Shown here: positions 52,129 to 60,058 of the stretch, in pieces
Numbering within the stretch: the first letter of the stretch is position 1
How the letters are laid out: every line of letters starts with the position of its first letter
DNA from: an uncultured Alphaproteobacteria bacterium
GTDB lineage: Bacteria > Pseudomonadota > Alphaproteobacteria > RF32 > CAG-239
DNA: 64,000 nt
Assembly (NCBI GenBank): GCA_934254675.1
Contig: CAKQLP010000002.1
Coordinates: 15,731 to 79,730 of the forward strand
Reading direction: 5' to 3'
Program-made: the position numbers and the translations under genes
The notes under the pieces: model-generated
The model's database searches: none
The model's input: the letters and a program-made list of their open reading frames with translations, nothing else
Told to the model about the DNA's origin: nothing

Positions 52129-52282
52129 ATTTAAAAAAACGCCTGATTCGGGCGTTTTTTTGTGCAAAAAATAAAATTGTAAAAAAAATTGCCAAAATTA
52201 AACAAAAAACTTGACAATAAAATAAATTGAGATAATATGAAACTGTTTCTTGTATTATTTAACTATATTTAAATTTATTGTT

Positions 52283-52696
52283 ATGAAAAGGTTTTTTTCT
52301 TTCGTTGTGATTTTTTGTCTCAGCGTTGTCTTGTTTTCATCTTGTGGTGGAAGCAAAAAGGACGGCAGTGAAGGGTACACTCAAAAGGAACTCTTCCACA
52401 GCAGTGAACGTTACGATGCTTTAAAGTATCTCAACCGTCTTAACTGGTGTAAGGCCGGTCCTGACGGAAAGGTCTTTTTAGGCTCGGTTGACAATGGTAT
52501 TGATATAACCGATTTGCGGTATGTCAATGCCCCCGAAGTAGTACCAACCTCTACTGATCAGGTTGTGGTTTGGAAACACGGCAAGCAGTTTCTTCTTGTT
52601 AAATGTGATGAGAACGTGCCTGTGATGTCTCGTGTTCGCGTGGCTCAGGATTGGTGCCGAGATAACTTTGGCGATGAACCGCAAACCCTTGAATAG
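52283..52696 (+). CDS. hypothetical lipoprotein (137 aa)
   Basis: Signal peptide with lipobox FSSC. Terminator hairpin AGAGAAAGT-ctatgaa-CTTTCTCT plus T-run at 52716-52745. Confidence 0.4.
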   Translation: MKRFFSFVVIFCLSVVLFSSCGGSKKDGSEGYTQKELFHSSERYDALKYLNRLNWCKAGPDGKVFLGSVDNGIDITDLRYVNAPEVVPTSTDQVVVWKHGKQFLLVKCDENVPVMSRVRVAQDWCRDNFGDEPQTLE

Positions 52697-52922
52697 GTTA
52701 TTTGAAAAGAGAAAGTCTATGAACTTTCTCTTTTTTTCTTTTAATCTTTAAACTTATTGAGGATATGTTTCTAAATATTTAGTTTTAATCGTCTTGAAAA
52801 GAATAAAAAACAATATAAATAAAAAGTGTTCAAAGTGAAACGGCGATTGTTTTTAAGCAATTAAATTCTAAGTCGGCATTTTGAACCACGAGTTTAACAG
52901 CGTATGATAAAAAAATTTAAGT

Positions 52923-52996
52923 AATTAAATACTTTTATGATACAAAGACGAACTCGGAAGACCTTATAATTTGATGTATGATAAAAGTATTTAATT
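52923..52996. repeat. 20-bp near-perfect inverted repeat (stem 20, loop 34)
   Basis: AATTAAATACTTTTATGATA ... TATGATAAAAGTATTTAATT (one mismatch) in the AT-rich spacer upstream of tRNA-Thr. Confidence 0.5.
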
Positions 52997-53113
52997 GTTA
53001 ATATTAATTTTTTAACAATCTTTTAGAATCACAAATAAAGGTATTAGAACCGAAGGAGAGTAGAGGAATATTCCTTTGCTCTCCGATTTTTATAAAATTT
53101 TGAAAAAAAACAG

Positions 53114-53148
53114 TTGACAATCGAAAATGTACAGTATATAAAAACTTT
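53114..53148 (+). promoter_or_regulatory. sigma70-like promoter for tRNA-Thr
   Basis: TTGACA-17 bp-TATAAA ending about 9 bp before the tRNA 5' end. Confidence 0.45.
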
Positions 53149-53157
53149 CAGTTGAAC

Positions 53158-53233
53158 GCCAACATAGCTCAGTTGGTAGAGCTACTGATTTGTAATCAGT
53201 GGGTCGGGAGTTCGAGTCTCTCTGTTGGCACCA
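53158..53233 (+). tRNA. tRNA-Thr (anticodon TGT)
   Basis: Hand-numbered cloverleaf: acceptor 1-7/66-72 fully paired, D-stem GCTC/GAGC, anticodon stem ACTGA/TCAGT, loop TTTGTAA, T-loop TTCGAGT, 3' ACCA. Confidence 0.85.
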
Positions 53234-53299
53234 TTTCAAGCCTTGATTCATCAAGGTTTTTTTTATTTTAAACCATAGAAATGTCAAGAAAGAAAAATA

Positions 53300-53653
53300 A
53301 TGGAAAAATTACCGCATTTACATCATCATAATAAGGAAACGCATATTTTAGAAATTCCGTTGGAAAAAGCGTTTTTGCGTACGGCGGAAACATTTCAGCT
53401 TATTTCCGATGCGACCAGATTGAAAATTTTGTGGTTGCTGTGTCATAATGAAGTTTGTGTGAATAATATTGCCGTATTGGTTAAAATGAGCTCTCCGGCC
53501 GTATCCCATCATTTGCGTTTGTTAAAACAGGCTGGTTTGATTGAAAGTCGCCGCGAAGGTAAAGAAATGTATTATAAATTGGCGGAGACATCGGAAGCCG
53601 CATTGTTACACCGCGCTTTGGATGATATTTTGGACATCAAATGCCCATTATAA
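53300..53653 (+). CDS. ArsR/SmtB-family metalloregulatory transcriptional repressor
   Basis: wHTH core LKILWLLCHNEVCVNNIAVLVKMSSPAVSHHLRLLKQAGLIESRREG. His-rich N-terminus (LPHLHHHNKETH) and Cys pair CHNEVC near the alpha3 position. Confidence 0.75.
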   Translation: MEKLPHLHHHNKETHILEIPLEKAFLRTAETFQLISDATRLKILWLLCHNEVCVNNIAVLVKMSSPAVSHHLRLLKQAGLIESRREGKEMYYKLAETSEAALLHRALDDILDIKCPL

Positions 53654-53679
53654 AAACAATTAAAAGGGGAATGTCAGAT

Positions 53680-54123
53680 ATGAAAAAAGTGTTGTTAATT
53701 TTATTGTCATTTTTGTATGTTAGTAAGGTGGCGTTAGCGGAAGAATTAAATATTAATGAATATAAGCAAGTATTGACACAATGTTATAATAATTTTGAAC
53801 ATAATGAAAAGCGTTGTTCAGATTGGAATTCAAGATGTTTCAATCATCTTCAGGCGGAGCAAGAAAAACTGCAGAAATGTTATCAGAAAGTTGCTGTTAG
53901 TATTTTTACGGAATTTTATGATTTATCAAATGAAGATGCTCTGCAAAAATTTGATAATTATAAAAATTTTTTACAGATTGAGTATAAGTTTATTTATAGT
54001 GATTCAATTTATTGTAAGAAAAATAATTGTGGCATAGCACCAAATTTATATAGTGAATATGCCACAAGCCAAGGTTTATATAATTATATTAATAAAACAA
54101 TAAATTATATTGAAAATCAATAA
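53680..54123 (+). CDS. small secreted Cys-containing protein, paralog A of tandem family
   Basis: Signal peptide MKKVLLILLSFLYVSKVALAEE, nearly identical to paralog B. Shares a ..YC..N.CGI.P.. C-terminal motif with paralog C. Confidence 0.5.
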   Translation: MKKVLLILLSFLYVSKVALAEELNINEYKQVLTQCYNNFEHNEKRCSDWNSRCFNHLQAEQEKLQKCYQKVAVSIFTEFYDLSNEDALQKFDNYKNFLQIEYKFIYSDSIYCKKNNCGIAPNLYSEYATSQGLYNYINKTINYIENQ

Positions 54124-54145
54124 GTATTGCTTCTTCTTATTCAGT

Positions 54146-54227
54146 CTTATGCCGAGGAGGGGAAAGTTTTGTCAGACATACTGGAACATCTGATTTATAT
54201 GAATAATGTAAAAGACGGATACTAATC
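54146..54227 (+). repeat. 82-bp perfect copy of the 3' end of paralog C (56395..56476), out of frame downstream of paralog A
   Basis: CTTATGCCGAGGAGGGGAAAGTTTTGTCAGACATACTGGAACATCTGATTTATATGAATAATGTAAAAGACGGATACTAA occurs identically at both places. Confidence 0.7.
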
Positions 54228-54842
54228 AGAGATTTTTAATCCAACGCATTTTTCAAAGTCATCAATGGTATTTTGATGAAAATATTTTTCAGAATAAACA
54301 TTACCTGTTAGGCAATGTAATTTATCATTATTCTCTAATAAGCAATTCATTTTAGATGAATATTGTGAACTGCGTGAATCCTTAACTAGACAAGAACATT
54401 TTTCGCATTCATTTACATCTACGGTTTTATAATATGTTCCACATAATTCAGTACGATATTCATTATTTTTATAATGGCTTAAAAGATATTCTTCATCTTT
54501 ATGTGTATAACATTTTATATTATTTAAACTTTCGCCATCTATATTTTCACAGAAAAAACTTAAAATTTCTGTTTGTTTAGTTTGATTATTAGTAATTGTT
54601 CCAGAACAGCCAGCTGTTCCGCAATCATCTTCGGAATGCAAAGGACTAAGCCTCCAGAAAACATCTACCGATAAAGAATATTGTTTATAAATTCCTGTAT
54701 ATTCGCTTTCTAATTCTGAATTATTTTGACTTAAAATACTAGCTTGTTTCAGAATAAATGGACCACAAGGCCAATCTTGCGGCAAAGCATAAGCCTTACC
54801 GCAAAATATAACCGCAAATAAAATAATCAGACTATTTTTCAA
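54222..54842 (-). CDS. secreted Cys-rich protein (206 aa, 17 Cys)
   Basis: Signal peptide MKNSLIILFAVIFCGKAYA. Many Cys pairs (C..C, CEKCSC). No recognised domain. Confidence 0.45.
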   Translation of the reverse strand: MKNSLIILFAVIFCGKAYALPQDWPCGPFILKQASILSQNNSELESEYTGIYKQYSLSVDVFWRLSPLHSEDDCGTAGCSGTITNNQTKQTEILSFFCENIDGESLNNIKCYTHKDEEYLLSHYKNNEYRTELCGTYYKTVDVNECEKCSCLVKDSRSSQYSSKMNCLLENNDKLHCLTGNVYSEKYFHQNTIDDFEKCVGLKISD

Positions 54843-54929
54843 ATAATGTACTCTGTTTAGATTTATATTAAAATAAAAATATAATGAATTAGAAAAGAAA
54901 ACAAGGAATTTTTAGAGAGGCAAAATAAA

Positions 54930-54989
54930 CCTCTTGACTTTGTTTATATTAAAATTATTATAAAAACAATTAAAAGGGGAATATCAGAT
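54930..54989 (+). promoter_or_regulatory. conserved promoter/leader module of the tandem secreted-protein family (copy 1)
   Basis: CCTCTTGACTTTGTTTATATTAAAATTATTATAAAAACAATTAAAAGGGGAAT contains TTGACT-N17-ATTATA and a GGGGAA RBS. Near-identical copy at 55680..55741, partial copy at 53645..53679. Confidence 0.5.
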
Positions 54990-55442
54990 ATGAAAAAGGT
55001 GTTGTTGTTTTTATTGTCATTTTTGTATGTTAGTAAAGTGGCGTTAGCGGAAGAAATAGAGAAAACTAAGTTTGATAGTGTAGAGAAACAAATGGATAAA
55101 TATAAAAATGAATGCTTTAATAAATATGCTTTTCCCAAAGGAATTGATAATTATAGTATGTATAATGATGATATCAAAAACGGAGATTTTAGATATCATC
55201 AATGTTTAAAAAATGTTATTATTAGAAAAATAAAAGAAATATCATCTGCTGACGATGCGAAACTAATGATAGAAGATTTGAACAAAATACAAGATTCTTT
55301 TAGTGGCTTTTATTGGACATTGTACAATAGAAAAGATACGGGAGTATTTGGTAGAGGAATAAACGATGCCGTTCTAGGACGTCGTTTTGAGGACATCCTA
55401 GAAGACATTTTGTACTATCAATCTACATATAATATTGATTAA
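54990..55442 (+). CDS. small secreted protein, paralog B of tandem family
   Basis: Signal peptide MKKVLLFLLSFLYVSKVALAEE. 150 aa. Confidence 0.5.
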   Translation: MKKVLLFLLSFLYVSKVALAEEIEKTKFDSVEKQMDKYKNECFNKYAFPKGIDNYSMYNDDIKNGDFRYHQCLKNVIIRKIKEISSADDAKLMIEDLNKIQDSFSGFYWTLYNRKDTGVFGRGINDAVLGRRFEDILEDILYYQSTYNID

Positions 55443-55679
55443 GGATAATTTTTTAATAATTCTTGTGCTTTTTTACATTCATCTAAAAATCGTTGTTTTA
55501 TAGAATCTTGTACTTCAGGTGTGCTTTTACTGAAATATCTTTTGACATTGTATCGTTCGTTATAGATGAGGTTAATAATATCCTTATTGCTAAGAAGAGA
55601 AGCTCAAACCGCAGAAGATGGAAATACGGCATTAGAAAATAATGCAGAATCGGCTGAGTAATAAAGCTTTTTTGTGTTA

Positions 55680-55741
55680 AACCTCTTGACTTTATTTATA
55701 TTAAAATTATTATAAAAACAATTAAAAGGGGAATATTGGGT
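55680..55741 (+). promoter_or_regulatory. conserved promoter/leader module (copy 2)
   Basis: AACCTCTTGACTTTATTTATATTAAAATTATTATAAAAACAATTAAAAGGGGAATATTGGGT. Confidence 0.5.
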
Positions 55742-56476
55742 ATGAAAAAGGTGTTGTTGATTTTTTTATTGCTGTGTGGTAATAATGCTTGGGCTGATGT
55801 TTGCTATGATATTGGCGAACAGACGGCTGAGAAGGCTTTTAAGCTTATTCAACAGCAAAAAGAAATATATGAGTATTGTTCTCTTTGTGATAATGCCAAA
55901 CCAATTATTATTCCTGTTCAAAATGTAGTTAAAGGAAGTCCTATATCAGTTAATAATAAGAAACTTGATTTAGTTCATACTTATTACAAAAATAAAGGTA
56001 AATTTATAAATTTAGGAGTTGCATCAGGCTGTATTAAAGCCGGAGAATATAATATTGCAACAGAGCTGGCAGACTTGCCGGTTAAGCAGCCTACTGAAAT
56101 AGATTATCGTCAAATAAGTCGGCAGCAAATGAAAGATATTTTTGATAAATGCAGTAACTCAGCAAAAAGTGAAAAATCTACAATATCAGAAATAGAAAAA
56201 CAAAATAAGCAAATAAATAATTGTTTGATTGAAGTTATCAAAACAGAAATTAAAAAGGGATTTGACAATAACCAGCAAGCTCAAATGTTTAGTTATTTGG
56301 AGCAAGTTCATAAGTCTGTATTTAATTTCTATTACGGAATAGCAGCCGAGAGCAAATATTGCAGTGGGGAATGCGGAATAATGCCAAGTATTCAGCCTTA
56401 TGCCGAGGAGGGGAAAGTTTTGTCAGACATACTGGAACATCTGATTTATATGAATAATGTAAAAGACGGATACTAA
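55742..56476 (+). CDS. secreted Cys-containing protein, paralog C of tandem family (244 aa)
   Basis: Signal peptide MKKVLLIFLLLCGNNAWA. C-terminus ..KYCSGECGIMPSIQPYAEEGKVLSDILEHLIYMNNVKDGY, whose coding sequence is duplicated at 54146..54227. Confidence 0.5.
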   Translation: MKKVLLIFLLLCGNNAWADVCYDIGEQTAEKAFKLIQQQKEIYEYCSLCDNAKPIIIPVQNVVKGSPISVNNKKLDLVHTYYKNKGKFINLGVASGCIKAGEYNIATELADLPVKQPTEIDYRQISRQQMKDIFDKCSNSAKSEKSTISEIEKQNKQINNCLIEVIKTEIKKGFDNNQQAQMFSYLEQVHKSVFNFYYGIAAESKYCSGECGIMPSIQPYAEEGKVLSDILEHLIYMNNVKDGY

Positions 56477-56502
56477 TATAAAATTAATATCCGTCTTAAT
56501 AT

Positions 56503-57651
56503 TTATTTTATTCTAAACCGTTCAAATCTATTAGGTAATCCATGACTATATTCTTTATAGTTGGAGTTGCTGTTTGTTTCAATTTGATGTTCAAAATCAG
56601 CTTTTCTGAAATCAACAATTGCATTGTTGACACGTATAATTTCTTCAGGTGTCAAATTATTTAAAGCTCTTATTGTCTGAGAACCAAAGATACCATCTTC
56701 ATCAACTTGCATATTTGTTTGTTGGTTAATGGCTCTCTGAGCCCATTGAGCAGGAGCAGTTGGACTATGATTAAAAAATGAATCAAACATTATTTCTTGT
56801 AGTGTTGGAGCTATAATTTCTCCAATGCGATATTTATCAAAATAATCCAATCTAGCGATTTGCTTAACTTGGTCTCGTGTTATATCTTTAATATTATCAG
56901 GGTATTGCTCAGCTAATTCAGGATGTGCAATTTTAAATCTCTCCAAGGAACTTTGCTGAATCCCCATATTAGTAGGAGTATCAATACGATTATTCCTATC
57001 TTCATATCCACCTTCTTCTTCTAAGCTTTTATTTATAACTCTATTAAAAATAGCTGCTTTATTGTTTTCATTCGTAGTTTGATGATGTGAAACATTATTA
57101 AGTGTGGGTACTGGAGTTTTTATGTCATATTCAGAAATAGTACAAGTAGTTTTAGGTCTATTCCAAGAAAAAGTAGTTTGATTTTGCATTTTATTTGCTT
57201 CAGTGTTCCACGGAGTTGGTGTTTGGTTTAATGAAGTGTTGTTATTTTGTGTCAAGATATTATTTGACTGTCCAAAAGCCGTATTTTGCTGCTGGTTTGT
57301 CTGCGGAACCGGGGCTATTGTGCCAGAGTTCTGATACAGTCCATAGTTCTGATTTTTAAGCGAATTGGTGACGTTTTCAATATTATCACTGATGTTGGAG
57401 GAGCCGAAACCATAGTTATTAGCCGGATTGCCGCCCCAAAAGTTGTTGCTGTACTGCGGATAGTCTTGCGTTATGCCTTGATTGTTGTAGTTTTTTATCA
57501 GTTCATTTTCCCGATTAGTTCTCGCCATTTGATAAGATATTTCATCGCGTAATGAAAAATTTCTGTGGTCAACGCCGTAAGAATCTATTTTGTTTTCACC
57601 ATTTTCATAGCCTAATTGAGATTTAAAATTTCTGTACATATTTTTCTCCAA
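56503..57651 (-). CDS. GH108-like N-acetylmuramidase domain protein with PG-binding-like C-terminus and long N/Q-rich N-terminal region
   Basis: The ..LEEEGGYEDRNNRIDTPTNMGI.. segment matches the EGGY....D.GG.T..GI signature of GH108. The C-terminal ..VDEDGIFGSQTIRALNN.. resembles the PG_binding_3 module. Residues ~60-200 are low-complexity, N/Q/T/S-rich. No signal peptide. Confidence 0.5.
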   Translation of the reverse strand: MEKNMYRNFKSQLGYENGENKIDSYGVDHRNFSLRDEISYQMARTNRENELIKNYNNQGITQDYPQYSNNFWGGNPANNYGFGSSNISDNIENVTNSLKNQNYGLYQNSGTIAPVPQTNQQQNTAFGQSNNILTQNNNTSLNQTPTPWNTEANKMQNQTTFSWNRPKTTCTISEYDIKTPVPTLNNVSHHQTTNENNKAAIFNRVINKSLEEEGGYEDRNNRIDTPTNMGIQQSSLERFKIAHPELAEQYPDNIKDITRDQVKQIARLDYFDKYRIGEIIAPTLQEIMFDSFFNHSPTAPAQWAQRAINQQTNMQVDEDGIFGSQTIRALNNLTPEEIIRVNNAIVDFRKADFEHQIETNSNSNYKEYSHGLPNRFERFRIK

Positions 57652-57872
57652 ATTTTATTGTTTTTAGCTTATTAAATAATTTATTTCTTATTATATACGC
57701 GCGCAAAATTAAACCGCAAAGCCTTAATCAGCTGCAATCATAAAACAAGATAAATTATTTTAATGTGGTATTATTATCATAAATATCTTTTAAAGTCAAG
57801 TTTAAAATAAGAAAAATATAAAATATTCTAATTATGTAAAATAAATATATTATTCTATAGGTGGAAACATAA

Positions 57873-57921
57873 CTTGACAGAAACTTGTTTATGTAATACA
57901 ATTAAACAAATGTTTAATCGT
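57873..57921 (+). promoter_or_regulatory. promoter with overlapping 11-2-11 palindromic operator (ArsR/SmtB-type) upstream of the HMA/P-type ATPase operon
   Basis: TTGACA-17-TACAAT. The palindrome ACAATTAAACA-aa-TGTTTAATCGT (10/11 symmetric) overlaps the -10 and +1. Core TAAACA-NN-TGTTTA resembles the TGAACA-NN-TGTTCA core of SmtB/CzrA/CadC 12-2-12 operators. Confidence 0.5.
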
Positions 57922-57938
57922 TTAATCTGGAGGGTAAA

Positions 57939-58154
57939 ATGCGAAAAACATATCAATTGGAAGATTTGGATTGCGCCGTGTGTGCGGAAAAAATGGAAAA
58001 AGCCATAAAAGAACTTGAAGGAATTGAGTATGCCAATGTTAATTTTATAACACAAAAAATGACGATTGAAACAAGTCAGAACATTGAGGAAATGATGGAG
58101 AAAATTGTGAAATTAGTGGCAAAAATCGAACCCGACTGCACAATTGTATTATAG
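57939..58154 (+). CDS. heavy-metal-associated (HMA) domain metallochaperone (CopZ-like)
   Basis: 71 aa with the metal-binding motif LDCAVCAEK (CxxC) in a ferredoxin-like fold. Confidence 0.7.
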   Translation: MRKTYQLEDLDCAVCAEKMEKAIKELEGIEYANVNFITQKMTIETSQNIEEMMEKIVKLVAKIEPDCTIVL

Positions 58155-58162
58155 GTGGACAG

Positions 58163-60007
58163 ATGACTAAAAAATTACGTAAATTATTAAATAAAATTAT
58201 CATCGCGGCAGCGTTTTTCGGCTTTGCTTTTCTGCCGTTTCCGCCGCTCGTGACACTGCTTTGTTTTGCTGTGTCTTATGGCATTGTCGGGTTGCCGATT
58301 ATAAAGAAAGCCGTGAATAATATTAAAAACGGCGAAGTTTTTGATGAAAATTTTTTAATGACAATTGCCACTTTGGGGGCTGTCGCTTTGGGCGAATATC
58401 CCGAAGCGGTGGCTGTTATGCTGTTTTTCCAGATAGGAGAGTTTTTTCAAAGCTACGCGGTTAACCGCTCTCGCAAATCTATTGCCGCTTTGATGAATAT
58501 TCGGCCAGATTTTGCCAGAATACAGAAAAACGGCGAATGGATAAAAGTTAGTCCGGAAGAAGTAAAAAAAGGCGAGGTTATAGAAATTTATTCGGGTGAA
58601 AAAATTCCGCTAGATGGTGTGATTATCAGCGGAGTTTCCAGTTTGGACACATCTTCTTTGACAGGTGAAACGTTGCCGCGTGAAGTAAAAAAAGGCGACA
58701 ATGTTTTGAGCGGGAGCATCAATTTAGGCGGTGTTTTGTCGGTTAAAACCACAAGCGTTTATGCGGAATCCACAGTGGCTAAAATTTTAGATTTGGTGGA
58801 AAACGCCTCTTCTAAAAAAGCCGAGGTTGAAAACTTTATTTCAAAATTTGCGCGTTGGTACACGCCATCGGTGGTGATTGTGGCCGTTTTGTTGGCTTTT
58901 TTGCCGCCGGTATTCGGTGAAAGCTTGTCGGTTTGGGTATATCGCGCCATTACATTTTTGGTAATTTCCTGTCCTTGCGCGTTGGTGATATCTATCCCGC
59001 TCAGCTTTTTTGGCGGAATTGGCGCGGCTTCCAAATGTGGGATTTTGATAAAAGGCAGTAATTATTTAGAGGCGTTGGCGCAAACTGAAATCGTGGTGTT
59101 TGATAAAACCGGAACTTTAACCAAAGGCGAATTTGCGGTTGCGGAAATTAAGCCGGAAAATAATATTTCCAGCGCGGAATTGTTGGAAATTGCCGCACAT
59201 TTGGAAGCCTTTTCGGCGCATCCGATAGCGATTTCAATAAAAAAAGCTTATGGCAAAAAGCCTGATTTGCAACGGGTGTCCGATGTTAGAGATTATTTCG
59301 GTAAAGGTGTTTGCGGAAATTTTGATAAAGATGAAATTGTATTAGGAAACGCGCAAATAATGCGGGATAAAAGGGTGAAAGTACCGGAAGTTAACTCAAC
59401 CGGAACTATTGTTTATGTGCTGAAAAACGGACATTATCTAGGCTGTATTATTATTGAAGATAAAATCAAAGATGACGCACTATCCGCCATTAGACAACTG
59501 AAAAAATTGGGTGTTTCGCAAACTGTTATGTTGACCGGAGATAGAGAAAATAACGCTCAAAGCGTGGCGCAGAATCTTAATTTAGATAAATATTGTGCCG
59601 AATTGCTTCCGGCTGACAAAGTGCAAAAATTTGAGGAACTATTAGAAACTAAAAATTCCAAAGGAAAAGTTTTGTTTGTGGGAGATGGTATTAACGACGC
59701 GCCGGTTTTGGCTCGTTCGGATATCGGGGTGGCAATGGGCGGAATTGGCTCTGACGCGGCAATAGAGGCGGCTGATGTGGTGATTATGACCGACGAACCT
59801 TCAAAAATAGCCAAAGCTATTGAAATTTCGCAAAAAACATTGCGTTTGGTGCACGAAAACGTGGTGTTTATTTTGGCGGTGAAATTTGCGGTATTGGGTT
59901 TGGGGGCTATTGGCTATGCTTCTATTTGGGCGGCCGTGTTTGCCGATGTCGGGGTTTCTGTGCTCTCCATTTTGAACGCTATGCGCGCTTTAAGATTTTA
60001 TAAATAG
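58163..60007 (+). CDS. heavy-metal-translocating P1B-type ATPase (no fused HMA domain)
   Basis: TM CPC motif (SCPCALVIS), phosphorylation site DKTGTLT, GDGINDAP hinge. 614 aa. Confidence 0.85.
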   Translation: MTKKLRKLLNKIIIAAAFFGFAFLPFPPLVTLLCFAVSYGIVGLPIIKKAVNNIKNGEVFDENFLMTIATLGAVALGEYPEAVAVMLFFQIGEFFQSYAVNRSRKSIAALMNIRPDFARIQKNGEWIKVSPEEVKKGEVIEIYSGEKIPLDGVIISGVSSLDTSSLTGETLPREVKKGDNVLSGSINLGGVLSVKTTSVYAESTVAKILDLVENASSKKAEVENFISKFARWYTPSVVIVAVLLAFLPPVFGESLSVWVYRAITFLVISCPCALVISIPLSFFGGIGAASKCGILIKGSNYLEALAQTEIVVFDKTGTLTKGEFAVAEIKPENNISSAELLEIAAHLEAFSAHPIAISIKKAYGKKPDLQRVSDVRDYFGKGVCGNFDKDEIVLGNAQIMRDKRVKVPEVNSTGTIVYVLKNGHYLGCIIIEDKIKDDALSAIRQLKKLGVSQTVMLTGDRENNAQSVAQNLNLDKYCAELLPADKVQKFEELLETKNSKGKVLFVGDGINDAPVLARSDIGVAMGGIGSDAAIEAADVVIMTDEPSKIAKAIEISQKTLRLVHENVVFILAVKFAVLGLGAIGYASIWAAVFADVGVSVLSILNAMRALRFYK

Positions 60008-60058
60008 CAATTTTTTTTAGATACAGCCTTTCAAAAAGAAAGGCTGTATCTGATTTTA

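Noticed and set aside
53158-53233. Reading the tRNA anticodon as GTA (tRNA-Tyr)
   Set aside because: Strict cloverleaf numbering places TGT at positions 34-36. The molecule is 76 nt with a 5-nt variable loop, whereas bacterial tRNA-Tyr is type II with a long variable arm.
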